Below the pieces are notes generated by a model. That model searched no databases. It was given only the letters and a program-made list of their open reading frames with translations, and was not told where the DNA came from. The position numbers and the translations under genes were made by a program. Source: Callorhinchus milii (taxonomy: Eukaryota). From it: DNA of 64,000 bases. The stretch covers positions 90,956,001 through 91,020,000 of the forward strand of contig NW_024704743.1 of the NCBI RefSeq assembly GCF_018977255.1, read 5' to 3'. Positions 25,833 to 38,142 of the stretch are shown in pieces (position 1 is the stretch's first letter; each line of letters opens with the position of its first letter).

Positions 25833-26920
25833 ACAACAAAACAACAAAATTACATTTGTAGAGCGCCTTTCATGTCGGGAGGACGTCCCAAAGCACTGAA
25901 CAGTCAGGTGTTGGGGCCCAAGCATGGGGGAGGGGAGGTATAGAGGTGAGGGGAGGCACAGAGGTGGGAGGAAGACCAAAGGCATGATCGAAGAGAAGGG
26001 TCTTGAGACCAACCTTGAAGGAGGCGAGGGAGGAAGCGAGGTGAAGGGACTGTGGGATGGAGTTCCAGAGTGTGGTGTAAGAGAGGCTGAAAGCCCGGCC
26101 ACCGATGGTAGGGCAGGTCGGGCGGGAGACATGGAGCAGACCGGAGCCCGCTGAACAGAGGGAGCGGGCAGGTTGGTAGGGAGTCAGCAGGTCAGAGAGG
26201 TAGGAGGGCCTTGAAACTTGAACTCGATGTTCTGGGGGATGGGGAGCCAGTGGAGTCGGGCGAGGGTGGGAGTGATGGGCTCACGAGCTGCAGAGTTTTG
26301 GATGATCTGCAGCTTGTGAAGGGAAGAGTTGGGAAGGCCGATGAAGAGGGAGTTCCTGTAGTCAAGCCTTGATGTGACAAATGCGGGGGTGAGGGTTTCG
26401 GCAGCCTGAGGGGTGAGGCAGTGGCAGAGTCTGGCAATGTTGTGGAGGTGGTGGTAGGTGATGGTGTGCCGGTCATGGCGCAGATATGGGAGAAAAAGGG
26501 CAGTTCAGGGTCAAATAAGACACCCAGGTTCCTGACTGGCTTAGTGAGGTTGAGTGTTCAGCCGTGGAGGCTGATGCTGCCAGCGCCCAAGGTGCGGAGG
26601 CGCTGGCGAGAGCCAATCAGGAAGGCCTCGGTCTTGCTGACGTTGAGTTGGAGAAAGTTGTCCCTCATCCAGGACTTGATGTTGGACAGGCAGTCGGTCA
26701 GGACTCCAGTAATCCTGGAATTGAGGGTGGAGGCAGAGATAGGGTTGGGTGTCATTCGCATACATGTGGAAATTTACCCCATGTCTGCGGATAATGTCAT
26801 CAAGGGGGAGCATGTAGAGGGTGAAGAGGAGGGGACCGAGGACAGAGCCCTGAGGAACAGTGCACGAGACGGTGCGGGGGCTGGAGGAGAAGCACAACCT
26901 TTGGCAAACCTTTGGGAAAT
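25833..26920 (-). mobile_element. 5'-truncated L2 LINE
   Basis: [43 protein letters not shown]; tail begins at about 25833. Confidence 0.93.
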
Positions 26921-28589
26921 GGAGATGATGAATCAGGGTTAAAGCTTCTGTCCATCTTATCTGGAACACCATTTTTCCTTAATAGTCTCAGCACCATTAC
27001 AACCAATTTGCTGTAAATTGTATTCCATACAAAATATTGACCAATCTGGAACAGTTGACACCAAATCAACAGTGACTTCAGAAATCATCCTACAAGCATT
27101 TGAACACTTTCACGCAGGGCGTTTCTGCTAATTAGTATTACATAGGTTGTTGAAAGACATTATACAGGTTCCATCTCCTGCTGTGAACATCAAATTGTTA
27201 CTTCCTAAACATAAACCACTCCAAACAATGGAGGCAAGATTAAACCCAAACTATAGATTGATTGTTAATGAATGACAAAATCAGAATTGGACTAAACCCC
27301 ACCAATGAGCCATCCCTGCCAAAGCTCTCTCCTCTTTTAGACAGTCTCTGAAGATAATCTATTTAGTATAAAAGGAAAGCCGCTTTATATGCTATATTGC
27401 ACATCTGTTGCATTTGTCTATAGAAACAGTCATTACATTTTACAGAAATTAATTGTGAAGCACTATAAGACGTTTCAATGTCACAGGGTGCTATAAAAAT
27501 AAGACCTGTCTTTCTACTGAATGACACCATCATCAATCATTACAAGCAAAGACAGAACTGTGATTTACTATTGTCCTTGCATGAAACACAACAAACCGTT
27601 TGCATACAATGACAAGAGTAATGGAATTAGGAGATTTGCCTAAAAAATACAGTCACTATGCTTTATAGTAAAATTATGTGACGCACTGGGATTTCTTCCT
27701 GATATGAAGGGCACCATATCAAATGCAAAGATTTATTTATTTATTTATTTAACAAAGGCTCGACTGGTATCTTTTGTACTGTGTGGGGAAGGGAGATCAT
27801 ATGGCATACAAGATGGTTGTGCAAAAGTCAAATAGGAGCATGAACACACGAGAAGGTGAGAGAAATTAGACATGAAGCACATTTCACTACATTTTCTTTT
27901 CATTAGGCGTTTTACAATTATTATCTCTCAGGCATTAAGAGGAATTGAACAAGATGATCATTAGTTTATGGGGCTGTTTGCAGGACATTGCTGTGTGCAA
28001 ACTTGCTGCTACATTCACCGACAAATATAGTCACTACGCACTTTCCAGTAAATCCTGTGATGCACTTTGAGACGTTCTGATGACCCTATAAGGCTTTACA
28101 TCAAATACAAGACTTAATATAAACAAGAGTGCCATTAATTTGGTGAATTCTCAATTAGCTTACAAGTAATGTTGCAATGCAGTTGTTATAATTCCTGCCA
28201 ATTTGCATACTGACAAACAGAAGTACTGTCTGCCTATTATGGTGATTACAATGGATGTTGAAGAACCCATGGCACTATGTCAAAGAATAGATGGTTCTAA
28301 GGAATATGCCTTGCAGCTTATTGAGCTATGAATCAGAAGTTTTATTCTGCCTGAATGTACCTTGTAGAGGCCATAGCAAATTTTGTTTATGATCACGTTC
28401 AATTCAGAGATTTCCTCCATTAGTTTTCTAAACAACTATGCTAACTTCATCTCAAGAGGCTAAAATCATTTGTCAGATAACATGGCAAAATGCAGACCAT
28501 TCATAAAGCAATCTAGCAATCTAGTGAATCCAATTTCAGTAAACGCCCCAATCACCTCACCATGTACAACTGATAATAATCCTGGCAAC

Positions 28590-28986
28590 TGATCCTGTCC
28601 TTTTCATTTCAGTAGGACATCTCAAGGCACCTCAAAGGATATATGGTACAGGTTAGTGAATGTGACTGTGTGTTTTGTAGGTGAATGCAGCAAACAATTT
28701 GGAAAGCAATGTCCCACAAACAGCCATGAAGTGGATGACTGATTTTATTTTGGGGTTTATTGGTGAGGACACTGAGAAACTTCCCTGTCTTTTTGAACAG
28801 TGCGATGAAATCTTTAATGTGCACCTGAATCAAAAGACATTCAATCCAAAGGACAGCACTTTCAACCATGCAGCACACCCCAACATTGTCAGCTAGAATA
28901 TGTGAGCTCAAGTCCTGTTGTAGGGCTTGAACTCACATCCTTTGACTCAGAGGCAATAGTGCTATGAACTTAACAAGGCTGACACA
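28590..28986 (-). mobile_element. Old Deu-type SINE (SacSINE1/AmnSINE-like); related fragments at about 15977-16625, 42520-42830, 44650-44960, 55570-55880, 56285-56500 and 59630-59880
   Basis: Head gtgtcagcctt...tagcactattgcctctgagtca...gagttcaagccc, followed by ttcaggtg...ttaaagat and the Deu-like core; family name from recall. Confidence 0.7.
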
Positions 28987-29599
28987 CAAACAGGTAAATT
29001 GACTGTCAAATGTTCCAGCATCTGGATTTCACAGTAGGTTAGGCCCAATACCCAAACCAGGAATGGCGAGAGTAGCATTTTGCCAGTATTGGATGTCATT
29101 GCGTATCGTACTTGAGAAATAGAATCCAATAAAGAATCACTTAATGGAGCTAAAGGTCTTGGACCAGAAAGTTACAAGTTCGAATTCCTATCTGTGCTGA
29201 ATTAGCAGATTTAAGATGGGTAACAAGTTACAATTAGAATTCAGAATCCTGGGGAAAAGACCTGCCAGAGGTCCCACTCCTGATCGCTAGCCATTTGGTG
29301 AGGACAAAATTAAACTCTACTGTAATGCTCTCTGCGGACAAATTACCTGCCAACACCTCAATGTCAAGGTCCACACATAAATAACCATTCAGGTAAGTGA
29401 CTACAGCCTGTGGAACTGATCCCCAGAATAATTGTGGGTTGGGGGGGAAGAAGAGAAATCAAACAGTTTTCAGGAAAGTTAGTGAGGTTAAAATTGAGGA
29501 AAGGGACAGAGAGAGAGAGAGGGGTGGAGGGGGGGGCGGGGTTGCAGAATCGTCAGATGGCATCTTATTGTGGAATTGCGATTATACATCTGACCTTAC

Positions 29600-29778
29600 C
29601 TTGGTTGTCTCAGTTTCTGGCACGGAAGGACTTTTTGGACTTTCACTTGATTCCACTGTCTTTGAAATTTTCTCATCATTTGAAGTCAAGACCTCTGGGT
29701 CATCAAATACTTGCAGACTCACATCTTCAGTGCAAATAGCATGATCCACACCATTCTGGCTAAGATTACAATGGATAG
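29600..29778 (-). CDS. SAMD12: SAMD12 coding exon 2 (179 nt; AIHCNLSQNGVDHAICTEDVSLQV...PETETTK)
   Basis: Acceptor ctctttccag|CT, donor ACC AAG|gtaagg. Resembles recalled human ALHCGLNPRGIDH...EAETAK; phases join exon 1 (phase 1) and exon 3 (phase 0). Confidence 0.9.
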
Positions 29779-30302
29779 CTGGAAAGAGGTATAGAAGCAT
29801 TAGTGGAAAAGCAACTGTACATTTATTATAGTACCCTTCACGTGGGGTAGTGTCTCGGAACTCTGAACAGGGGCAGAGCTTAATGCCGAACTGGGGAGAG
29901 GGGGGAGGTGACCATAGGCACGGTGCGATCTGAAGATGGGGGAGGAGACAAGGCAGAGAAATTGAAGAAGAAAGTTCCACAGTTTGGGCCATAGTGGCTA
30001 AAGGCATGGCTACCGATAGTGGAGCGGAGGGGAAGAGGGACACGTAGGAGGCCGGAGACAGGTCAGAGAGGTACTGAAATCATCCATTTCAAAACAGAAT
30101 ATTCTTACAAAGGTTTGGCTTTTCTTTCTACCATGCTGAGGTCCAACTATAGTTTTATAAAAACTAAGCAACACTCTCTTGTACACAAACTAAGATTGAG
30201 CATTTATTAGTGGAGACTTCAGTGATATTTACTTGAACAACCAACTGAAGTCTATATCATTAAACTGCTGAGCGTCTTATGACATCAAATATTTGCTCTT
30301 TC

Positions 30303-30445
30303 CCAAAATGCAAAATACTGCAGATGCTGGAAATCTGAAAGAAAAACAGAAGTCGCTGGGAACACTCACTCAGCAGGTCAGGCAGCATCTATGGAGAAAG
30401 GAAAGTGAGTCAACATTTCGGGTCCACGACCCTTCGTCAGAACTG
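30303..30445 (-). mobile_element. Penelope-like element terminal-repeat fragment
   Basis: Hammerhead core followed by gatgctgcctgacctgctgag...ccagcatctgcagt, a motif recalled from fish/shark Penelope-type repeats. Confidence 0.7.
30408..30444 (-). ncRNA. Minimal type I hammerhead ribozyme motif
   Basis: AGUU-CUGACGA-A-GGGUC(GUG)GACCC-GAAA-UGUU-GACU: conserved core boxes, 5-bp stem II, stem I AGUU/GACU. Confidence 0.7.
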
Positions 30446-30646
30446 GGGCATGTTGGGAGGGAGCTCTTCCCCATTTGCTCTTTCCCATTGATCTGTTATA
30501 CAATGATATATGATGCATCAGGTAATGTGTATACATCCATCTATAAAGTGTTGAATCCTCTCACTGGTGAGAGTATCCTGGTTTAACCTGGTTTAACAAC
30601 GCCTAGCTATCATTTCAATGCACAGATGTCCCAAATCTTTTAAAGT

Positions 30647-30944
30647 GGAGTCCTGTAGCTCAGTGGTTAGAGCACTCGCTTTGCAAATGAGAGACCCGAG
30701 TTCAATTCCAGGCAGAGGGCGAAACCTTGGGCAAGTTTCCTTACTCCACACGCCTAATAATAATCCCTCCAAAACCAAAAACAATAATAAATTGGTCATT
30801 TTCAAACTACGACTGTTTGTGGGACATTGCTGCCGCGTTCGTCCACAAATATACAGTGAATTCACTTTACAGTGTGTTCTGTGAAGCGCTTTGGGACGTC
30901 CTCCCGACGTGAAAAGCGCTATATCAAATGCAAGGATTATTATT
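30647..30944 (+). mobile_element. Full-length tRNA(Ala)-derived SINE
   Basis: Same family, small deletion in the core. Confidence 0.93.
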
Positions 30945-33854
30945 AAACAAAGCAATGGCACTCAGGTGGAGGCACACATGCAAGCTTGATCAGTGCCCAC
31001 AAGTGAAATATCACAGTAGTTGCTGGAGCAGCTAACGTTACACATAGTACTTTTTTAAAAAAAATATTTAAATATTCAGGCATTTGTACAGAGCAGGTTG
31101 AGGGCAGGGACAATTCAATGGTATTTAAAAATAAAGAGTCTTTATCCAACTGCCATTTATCAAAGCTATTCTTAGAATTTAATAAGTACAAAATGAACAT
31201 TAGAATTCTTCAAATGAAAAAAAATTGCACTGATCATTAAAGTGGGGCTTACAATAAAGCAAGTGCTGCCACAGAGTGGCGGAATGTGAGTTTCTCTCAG
31301 GATTTCTCTTACTCCCATCTACCATTGCCTGAAAATTCAAGGCTTTACCTGAAGTTGGTATAGCTTTATTAAAGATAAATATTATTCCAACCATTGCGCA
31401 TTGTGGAGATTAAACATGATTTATGATATCAAAAGTACTCTTTTTTAAAACAAGCATACATTGCAGTCTCTGAATAATTACTTCACTTGAATGAATCAGT
31501 GAGATTAAACAGTGGAATGACAATTTTAATCCACTGTTAAGAAATCCACAAACCCTAATTTCCAAATAAAACTCAAATTCATTGCAAAAGACCTTGATCT
31601 GACCGCCCTCAACAGCTGAGCTTTCAGTCACTGTATCCTTATACTATGGAATTCTCTTTCGAAACCTCTGTCTCGTTTCCACTCTCCCTCTCCTCAAAAC
31701 CCTCCTAAAGATGTACATCTTTTCTACCATGCCTTTAGTCAGTATTTTTAATTATTCCTGCTGTGCGCTCCCTACCACAATTGTTAAGTGGTGCAAGACA
31801 GTATCTCTCTGTATAAATGCAAGTTGCTGTAACAGCCAGTATCTATAACATAAAATTTGTCACAAGTAACCCGGTTGCTTTTCTAATGAAAGACAGAAGT
31901 TTCATTGATTGGAATACATTAAATAAACATTATCCAAAATGGGTATTCTTTGCCAACCATAATGAGGGGAAAGAGATAAAGTTTTAAATGCAGCTCGCCT
32001 CTGCTTCTAACACTACCATCATAAACCATAGCAATTTAGTTCAGTAAGAAAGGAAAATGAATTGTTGCCATGAAAACATACTATTAATTTCTTCATGCTT
32101 TGGACATCTCCTCCAAAGTTTTTAAACTGAGTTTGGTACAGTACACCGTTCATAAGCTACATCTTATGGTTTTCCACAAAAAGTTACATTCAGAGTGATC
32201 CAGGTTCCTCTCAAATCCTTATCCTTATCGATGTTGATTGCTCCTCTGAGCTTTGTTGCTTGTTCCTCCCAAGCTCTATAGACTGCTATACACTCTTTCA
32301 GTATTCAAATAAAAGACTTGCTGCGTGCCCTCCTACATGAAAGCATTATTTGTTAGTACTTCACTAAGAGCTCCTCATCAGTCTCCTACAAATCTAAAGG
32401 CTTTTGAAACACAAAACCATGGAATGATCTAACCACTACTTAAAATTATTTCATCTACTCTTTTCAATCTTGGCAGGTTCTGCATTATGGATCTTAACTC
32501 CTTTACTTAAATTTCCTCAAAAATATATTTATACTGTGAATGCAATATGAAAAAAAATGTACACTTCCAAATACCAGGTCCATTCCAGAACTTATTATCA
32601 GTAATCCCAGAAACGCATAAGGGCACATTAAAAAGATGCACACAAAGTCTCTTTTTTTGTCCACTGTTACTGAAATACAGAAATTCAAAAGATGGTGTCA
32701 GTCAGTGGGGGAAGGAAAGTTATGGTGTAAGCCTTCATTCTATATTTTATGAGAAAAGCCTTCCTGTTATACTCTGCAGGGATTTGAAGCACGGCAAATC
32801 AATATTCCAGGCACAGGAAGATTTATGGGATGATCATAAAATATTTATAGCTCGCTTCCTCACTGTAGCAACTTCAAAAGATTTCTATCCCATTCGCAAA
32901 AGTATCCCTGTAACTTGTAAACATGAGGAAAGGTTCCAATACGCTGTCAACAGTAACAGAAAGCTCGAAACTCACTGTGCATAATACAGCACTGCTTTGA
33001 TTTAAATTACATGTTCCTTAATACAAGCTGAAAATTTACATCCACCAGCAATGTGAAAAATGGCTTTCTAATTGAATGGTTTCAATTACAACAGGAAAGC
33101 TTGAGGTGTTTATAACAAAAGTGCAATTACATAAGATACAATTTCTCTGCATTTTCTAGGAAGTCTTTAGTTAATTCTTTGGGTTGGGTGGTTGGGGTAG
33201 GGGGCGTGGGGGAAGAGAGAAAAGGTGAAAGAATTCACAATAGATCCCCAGAAATGGCTACTACCAGCTGATGATATTGAACTCCCAAAGCAAAGCTTGA
33301 ACAGATATCATCATCTGAACAATCTCAAAGGCTCCCAATTTCCAACTGGTCTTCAAAGCCTACGTTCACGCTCTCTCACTTGACTTTACCTTACTCCTGC
33401 TACATCACCCATAAAATATACAGTCAATTCACTTTACAGTATATTCTGTGAATCTCTTTGAAAAGTCTCAAAGTTGTGATAAGGCGCTACATCAAATGCA
33501 AGGATTATTATTATTATAATAAGCCGCCAAAACTCTCATCCATGGGTTCATTGCATACAAACTCCATTATTCTGACATTTGCTAGCCAGACTGTGCAGCT
33601 CCTGCCTACACAAGCTGACCATCCAAACCTCTCCCCATCCCCAGTGGACCGAAATCAAGATCTTCATCATTTTGAATTCCCTCCGTAGCCACAATCATTC
33701 TAGGCTCTAGAACCTCCTGCACACTACTGCCCCAGCCTGTACCCTCTGCTTAGCAAACACCAGTCTGCTTCATGGTTCCCTACCCAATCTGTTCCACCAT
33801 TGGTGGATGAGCTTTCAGCCATACTGCTCCTGCTCTCTGTAACTCTTTCCAGAG

Positions 33855-33992
33855 TTCTTCTACCAGGGGAGGATACGTTTGCAGGGCTATGGGGAGAGCG
33901 CAGGGGAGTGGGATTGATTTGGACAGCTCTTTTCAAAGAGCTGGCACAGACACGATGGGCCGAATGGCCTCATGTGCTGCATGATTCTATGA
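33855..33992 (+). mobile_element. Short CR1 3' end nested in a degraded L2 fragment
   Basis: gcagggctatggggagag...gatgggccgaatggcct...gattctatgat matches the CR1 tail at 24400-24524. Confidence 0.8.
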
Positions 33993-35075
33993 TACCATGC
34001 ACCCTCTCCACCTTCAAAACCTACCTTAGGACCTATCTTTTCAACCTCACCCTTGGCTACCTTTTACCTTTCACCCTCCCCTCAGCTAATCACTGCTCTT
34101 CCTGCTCTTCCGCCTCCCCCACACCCCCACCTCCCACCCCCCTCTCCCCCCCACCCCCACATTAAGTGTTCATGTCCTAAGTCAAAACATACATATTCAC
34201 TCAATCCAGTGCTGCATGATTTGCCAATGACTTACGTTAAATGCTGTATTGCTAATAATAATAATCCTTGCATATAGCACTTTTCATGTCTTCCAGACAC
34301 CTCAAAGCGCTTCACAGAATGTACTGTAAAGTGAATCAATTGTATATTTGTGGGCGAAAGCAGCAGCCAATTGCACACAGCAGTGTCCCACAAACAATTG
34401 TGTGTGATATGCATGCTACATACCCTTAAAGATAGATACATGCATGCAGATACACCCGAGCACAAGCAGATACATGCACTCACGCAGATACACATGCGGA
34501 CGCATACACTCCGACACACGCAACGCAATGAGCTGTAGCAGCACATTCTTTAGCAGAAACTTGCCACATCATTGGAACAAAATTTTGCTCACAAAATATA
34601 CAGTCACTACACTTCACTGTATATTCTGTGAAGCGCTTTGTGAAGCCTCGAAGCCGTGATAAGGCACTATAATCCAATGCAAAGATGAGTATTATTATAA
34701 TAACAAAGCAGTTGATTGAAATGTTCTGCAAGCTTGTGTGCCAACAGCAAGTCCATGATGGTTCGTCCTATTCATATATTCATTTACCATTGAGAACTCC
34801 AAAACTGCAACTTGATTAAAATGTTATGCTGCAACTTGACAGAAAAACCCACAGAGGCAATTCGTGGCAGGATGGCAAAAGGAAAGGGGAAATTGCTATA
34901 TTCAATTCTCACAATGAATCGAATAATGGAACCCACTCAACCAGAAATCAAAAATCCAGTCAAACTGGTCTTCAACCTTTCAATTTGTACATCCTCATAA
35001 GCACTCAAACCTGCATTCATCAGATGTCAAGTTACCAGTTAATGACTAACCTCCCAGTGGGGGGGGAGGGTCTTA

Positions 35076-35760
35076 GGAGCTGAGCCGGCTCCAAGGTGAT
35101 GTGTTTGGCAACAGAATGTCAGAATTCAGTGAAAGACCAATAACAACAACAACTTGCATTTATATAGCACTTTTCGCCTGGGGTATCATTTCGGAGGGCT
35201 TAACAGTGACGGAGCCTAATGCCGAACCTGGGGGTGGGGGCGTGGAGGTAACCGTAAGCATGGTCGAGGAGGAAGTTTTTCAGGAATGATCTGAAAATGG
35301 GGAAGGATGGGGCAAGGTGGAGAGATTGATGGAGAGCGTTCCGGTTTCAGGGCATAGTGGCTGAAAGCCAGACTCCCACTAGAGCAGGGATTCTTCCCAC
35401 TCAGCTTTTATTAACCTTGCAAGTCAAAGCCCTAACAGGTAGGACAAGCAGCAGGAAGCTTGCCAGACTGTGGCTTCTCTGGCAAACTATGTGGCTTTAA
35501 CTGGTTAATCTCCAGCAGTAACCCCATCACACACTTTGGGGTCCCCAAGCCTTGACACTTGCCAACTTGCATTTAATACTCTGGAATTTATATTCTGGAA
35601 TTAGGTAAGCAGGATGCATCTCTCCAACAAGACTGTGTGCATTGCATTCCAGATAGGGAAGTTCCTATGTGTAGAAGGCATGCAAATGAGGAACTCAGTC
35701 CAGTTTGGATACTCTTAAGCAAGGTGCGGGTTTCTCCATGTCAGACACCAGCTGATCTCC
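35076..35760 (+). repeat. Unclassified interspersed repeat, copy B (interrupted by an L2 tail at about 35140-35370)
   Basis: Shared blocks ggctccaag..gcaacagaat, aaactatgtgg, cacacactttgggg, ttaggtaagcag, tgtcagacacc. Confidence 0.8.
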
Positions 35761-36871
35761 TCAAAACATACATTTCAATCTTTAATTTTTATTTCCTTTC
35801 CTCTCAAGCTCTAATTTTCTCCTTTCCCCTTACCATGTTTCCCTTCCCCCAATCTACAATGTGAATACATAATCCTTCAGTTATGTGAAAGGACAATGAG
35901 GTTAGTCTGGCTAGCAAATGTCAGAATAATGGAGTTTGATAATGTGAAACACAAGCTTTATGAAACAGGTTTATAACAAACCTAATAAAAGACATGCCTC
36001 TCTAGAGCTGAAAACAAAATCTTCAAAAGCTACTCAAGTATTATAAAGAGCAAATGTTCCCTTCTCCCAAATCTTCACAATTCTTCTCAATATCCAACAT
36101 CACTACAAATGCAAATCTGAAACTTCACTGCTCAATGTTAAATAAACCTTAAAGCTAATCATAGTTTATTTTACACACCCAAATGATACTTGGCAAAAGT
36201 TGCAGTTTCCTGCAAAACCTGATTTGTGTGCGTGAGTAATCCATGTTAAATAAATCACGTGGATTAACTGGTAAATCAGGACTAAAGTTGCACAGACACG
36301 TTCACGTAAAATCATTCTTTTGTTGTTCTCACTCAAGGAGCCGTGCCTGCTGTTTCAAACTTTCTCTCCCTCAGCAGTTGTCAAGTTTAGCCATTAGTTG
36401 GAGAACTGCATTATCCTCCTGACAGCTTGTAGGAACACATTAGGTTACAAATGTACATCAAACAGTGCCAATAAACTAGAGGATATGCTTAAATACCCAC
36501 ATTAAGCAATTCTTGGCACTGTTAAAGAGTATTTGTGAGAACCTGCTTTCTGATTACAAATATTAAGCCATATCTCTGGTCTTCGATTGTAATTGAAAAC
36601 TTAACCAGAAGTTAATTTCAAACCATAAACTACCCACACCTCCTCATCATGAACAGTCTAGATCTTAAAGCATTTGATTAATGATGCTATAAAGACATTG
36701 AATGACACCATCAATGGACAGATAGATGCATTAAATTATTTTAAAAACGCATTTCCTTAACTGAAAGAGAACAGAGTCAGTATTCTTCAACAGTGTTGGT
36801 CAAAAAACATGATGGCCACCAACTATCTTTTAAATAAAGAGTTCTGGGTGAGAGCTAACCTTCTACAGTTT

Positions 36872-37550
36872 ATGTCAAAAAGACCGAGGCCCTCCTGATT
36901 GGCTCCCGTCAGCGTCTCCACACCTCAGGCGCTGACAGCATCACCATCCAAGGATGCGCACTCCACCTCACCGAGCCAGTCCAAAACCTTGGCAACTATC
37001 CTATCTACTCCACATCCGTGACATGAGCCGCTCTGCCACCCCCCACCTCTGCAACATCGCCCGGCTCCGCCACTGTCTCACACCGCAGGCCTCCAAGACA
37101 CTCATACACACATTCATAACATCCAGGTTTGACTACGCAAACTCCCCAGCAGCACTCTGCAGCCGTGTCCTCTCCCACATCAGTCTCCGTGACCCTATCA
37201 CCCCCATCCCCGCCCGACTCCACTGGCTTCCCATCACACGGAGGATACAGTTCAAAATCCTGGTCCTCAACCTTCAAAGCCCTCCATGGCCTCGCTTCCA
37301 CCTACCTCTGCGACCACCTAATCCCCTACCAACCTGCTCACTCCCTCCGTTCAGCGGGCTCCATTCTGCACTCCCTCCGCCTTGCCCCCTCTCTTGCCTC
37401 CTTCAAGACCAGTCTCAAGATCCTCCTCTTTGACCGTGCCTTCGGTCACCTTCCTTCCCCCACCCTCCATCATCCACGATCCTGACCCCCAGCTCGGGCC
37501 TGAAACACTAATTGTGAAAGGCGCTATACAAACCTAATTGTGTTGTTGTA
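36872..37550 (+). mobile_element. L2 LINE fragment with internal deletions
   Basis: ITSRFDYAN, LHWLPI, FKIL motifs; collinear with 2070-2990. Confidence 0.9.
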
Positions 37551-37845
37551 GATAACGCACTGTATCAAGTGCAACGATCGTTATTCTAAACTATCATTTG
37601 GTTATTAACTGTCTTTTTCTCGCTACAAAATGCGTGCTCTTTAAAATCACACAAAATGCTACCTATTTCATTATTCTCTAGACTCTTAACGGAAAACAAA
37701 TGTTGCTATAAAAAGAAGTTGAATAGTTAGCTGCTGAAGTGCTTTCTTTAGAGCTTCTCTTGTACAACTGCAGACGCTGTAAGAAGCTTCAGTCATTCTG
37801 TGTATTCCAATCTCAAATTTATTCTTGAAGTAGATAGTTCAGCAA

Positions 37846-38142
37846 CATGCGCCCAACCCGCCCTACCATCGGTGTCTGGGCTTTCAGCCTCTCTGCCCCA
37901 ACACTCTGGAACTCCATCCCATGGTCCCTTCGCCTCGCTTCCTCCCTTGCCTCCTTCAAGGCCGGTCTCAATGACCCTCCTCTTCGATCGTGCCTTCGGT
38001 CTCTCTCCCACCTCTCTGCCTTCCCTCACCCCTACCCCACCGCTCCCCTATGCTCGGGTCCTGACCCCTGACTGTCCAGGGCCTTGGGACATCCTCCCGA
38101 CGTGAAAGGCGCTCTATAAATGTAATTTTTTTGTTGTTGTTA
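37846..38142 (+). mobile_element. L2 3' end
   Basis: RPTIGVWAFS...LASFKAGL; tail gtaattttttttgttgttgtt. Confidence 0.9.
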
